64,000 nucleotides of DNA from Pelagomonas calceolata. Taxonomy: Eukaryota. The stretch covers positions 1,054,001 through 1,118,000 of the forward strand of contig CAKKNE010000001.1 in the NCBI GenBank assembly GCA_918797485.1, in the 5' to 3' direction. Of the stretch, positions 63,833 to 64,000 are shown piece by piece; within the stretch, counting starts at the first letter, position 1; every line of letters starts with the position of its first letter. Position numbers and translations under genes: made by a program. The notes below the pieces were generated by a model that made no database searches, had not been told where the DNA came from, and saw nothing but the letters and a program-made list of their open reading frames with translations.

Positions 63833-64000
63833 TCTCAGACAGTCGCACGCGTGGTTTTGCTCACGCTCTGCGCGTTAAAAGCCAACAACCTCTTACTTAT
63901 AAGCCACCTTCGCTGCCCGAACACTTCTGTGCAATCGCTTTTGCAAATAATACACTCAACACTGCTTTGCTCTCCCAGCCGCCAGAGCCGCACACATCAT

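Noticed and set aside
1..64000. Hundreds of overlapping Arg/Ala/Pro-rich ORFs in the six-frame track
   Set aside because: They are shadow or antisense frames expected in GC-rich coding DNA; they lack motifs and overlap better-supported genes

Overview
Gene-dense, GC-rich eukaryotic nuclear DNA. Short GT-AG/GC-AG introns, an introner with 8-bp target-site duplication and a selenoprotein with a SECIS element point to a pelagophyte alga (Pelagomonas/Aureococcus-like; inference). The window holds about 29 protein genes and one tRNA-Arg(CCU)-like gene. Several ORF-track fragments join into spliced genes. Highlights: (1) a 2761-aa NLR-like protein with a RelA/SpoT-type synthetase domain inserted inside its NACHT module, followed by loop-variable WD40 repeats and ankyrin/Tudor arrays; (2) a spliced HAD/FCP1-phosphatase + guanylyltransferase + cap methyltransferase fusion; (3) selenoprotein O with a UGA-Sec codon and a 3' SECIS; (4) a ~23-bp motif CTAGTGTCTTAC-N4-CGCTAGC upstream of most genes; (5) a TIR/TSD introner and a core motif shared among introns; (6) an orphan 926-aa five-exon gene with repeated phase-0 exons next to a tRNA with an abnormal anticodon loop. 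All calls come from reading the sequence by eye; no searches were run.
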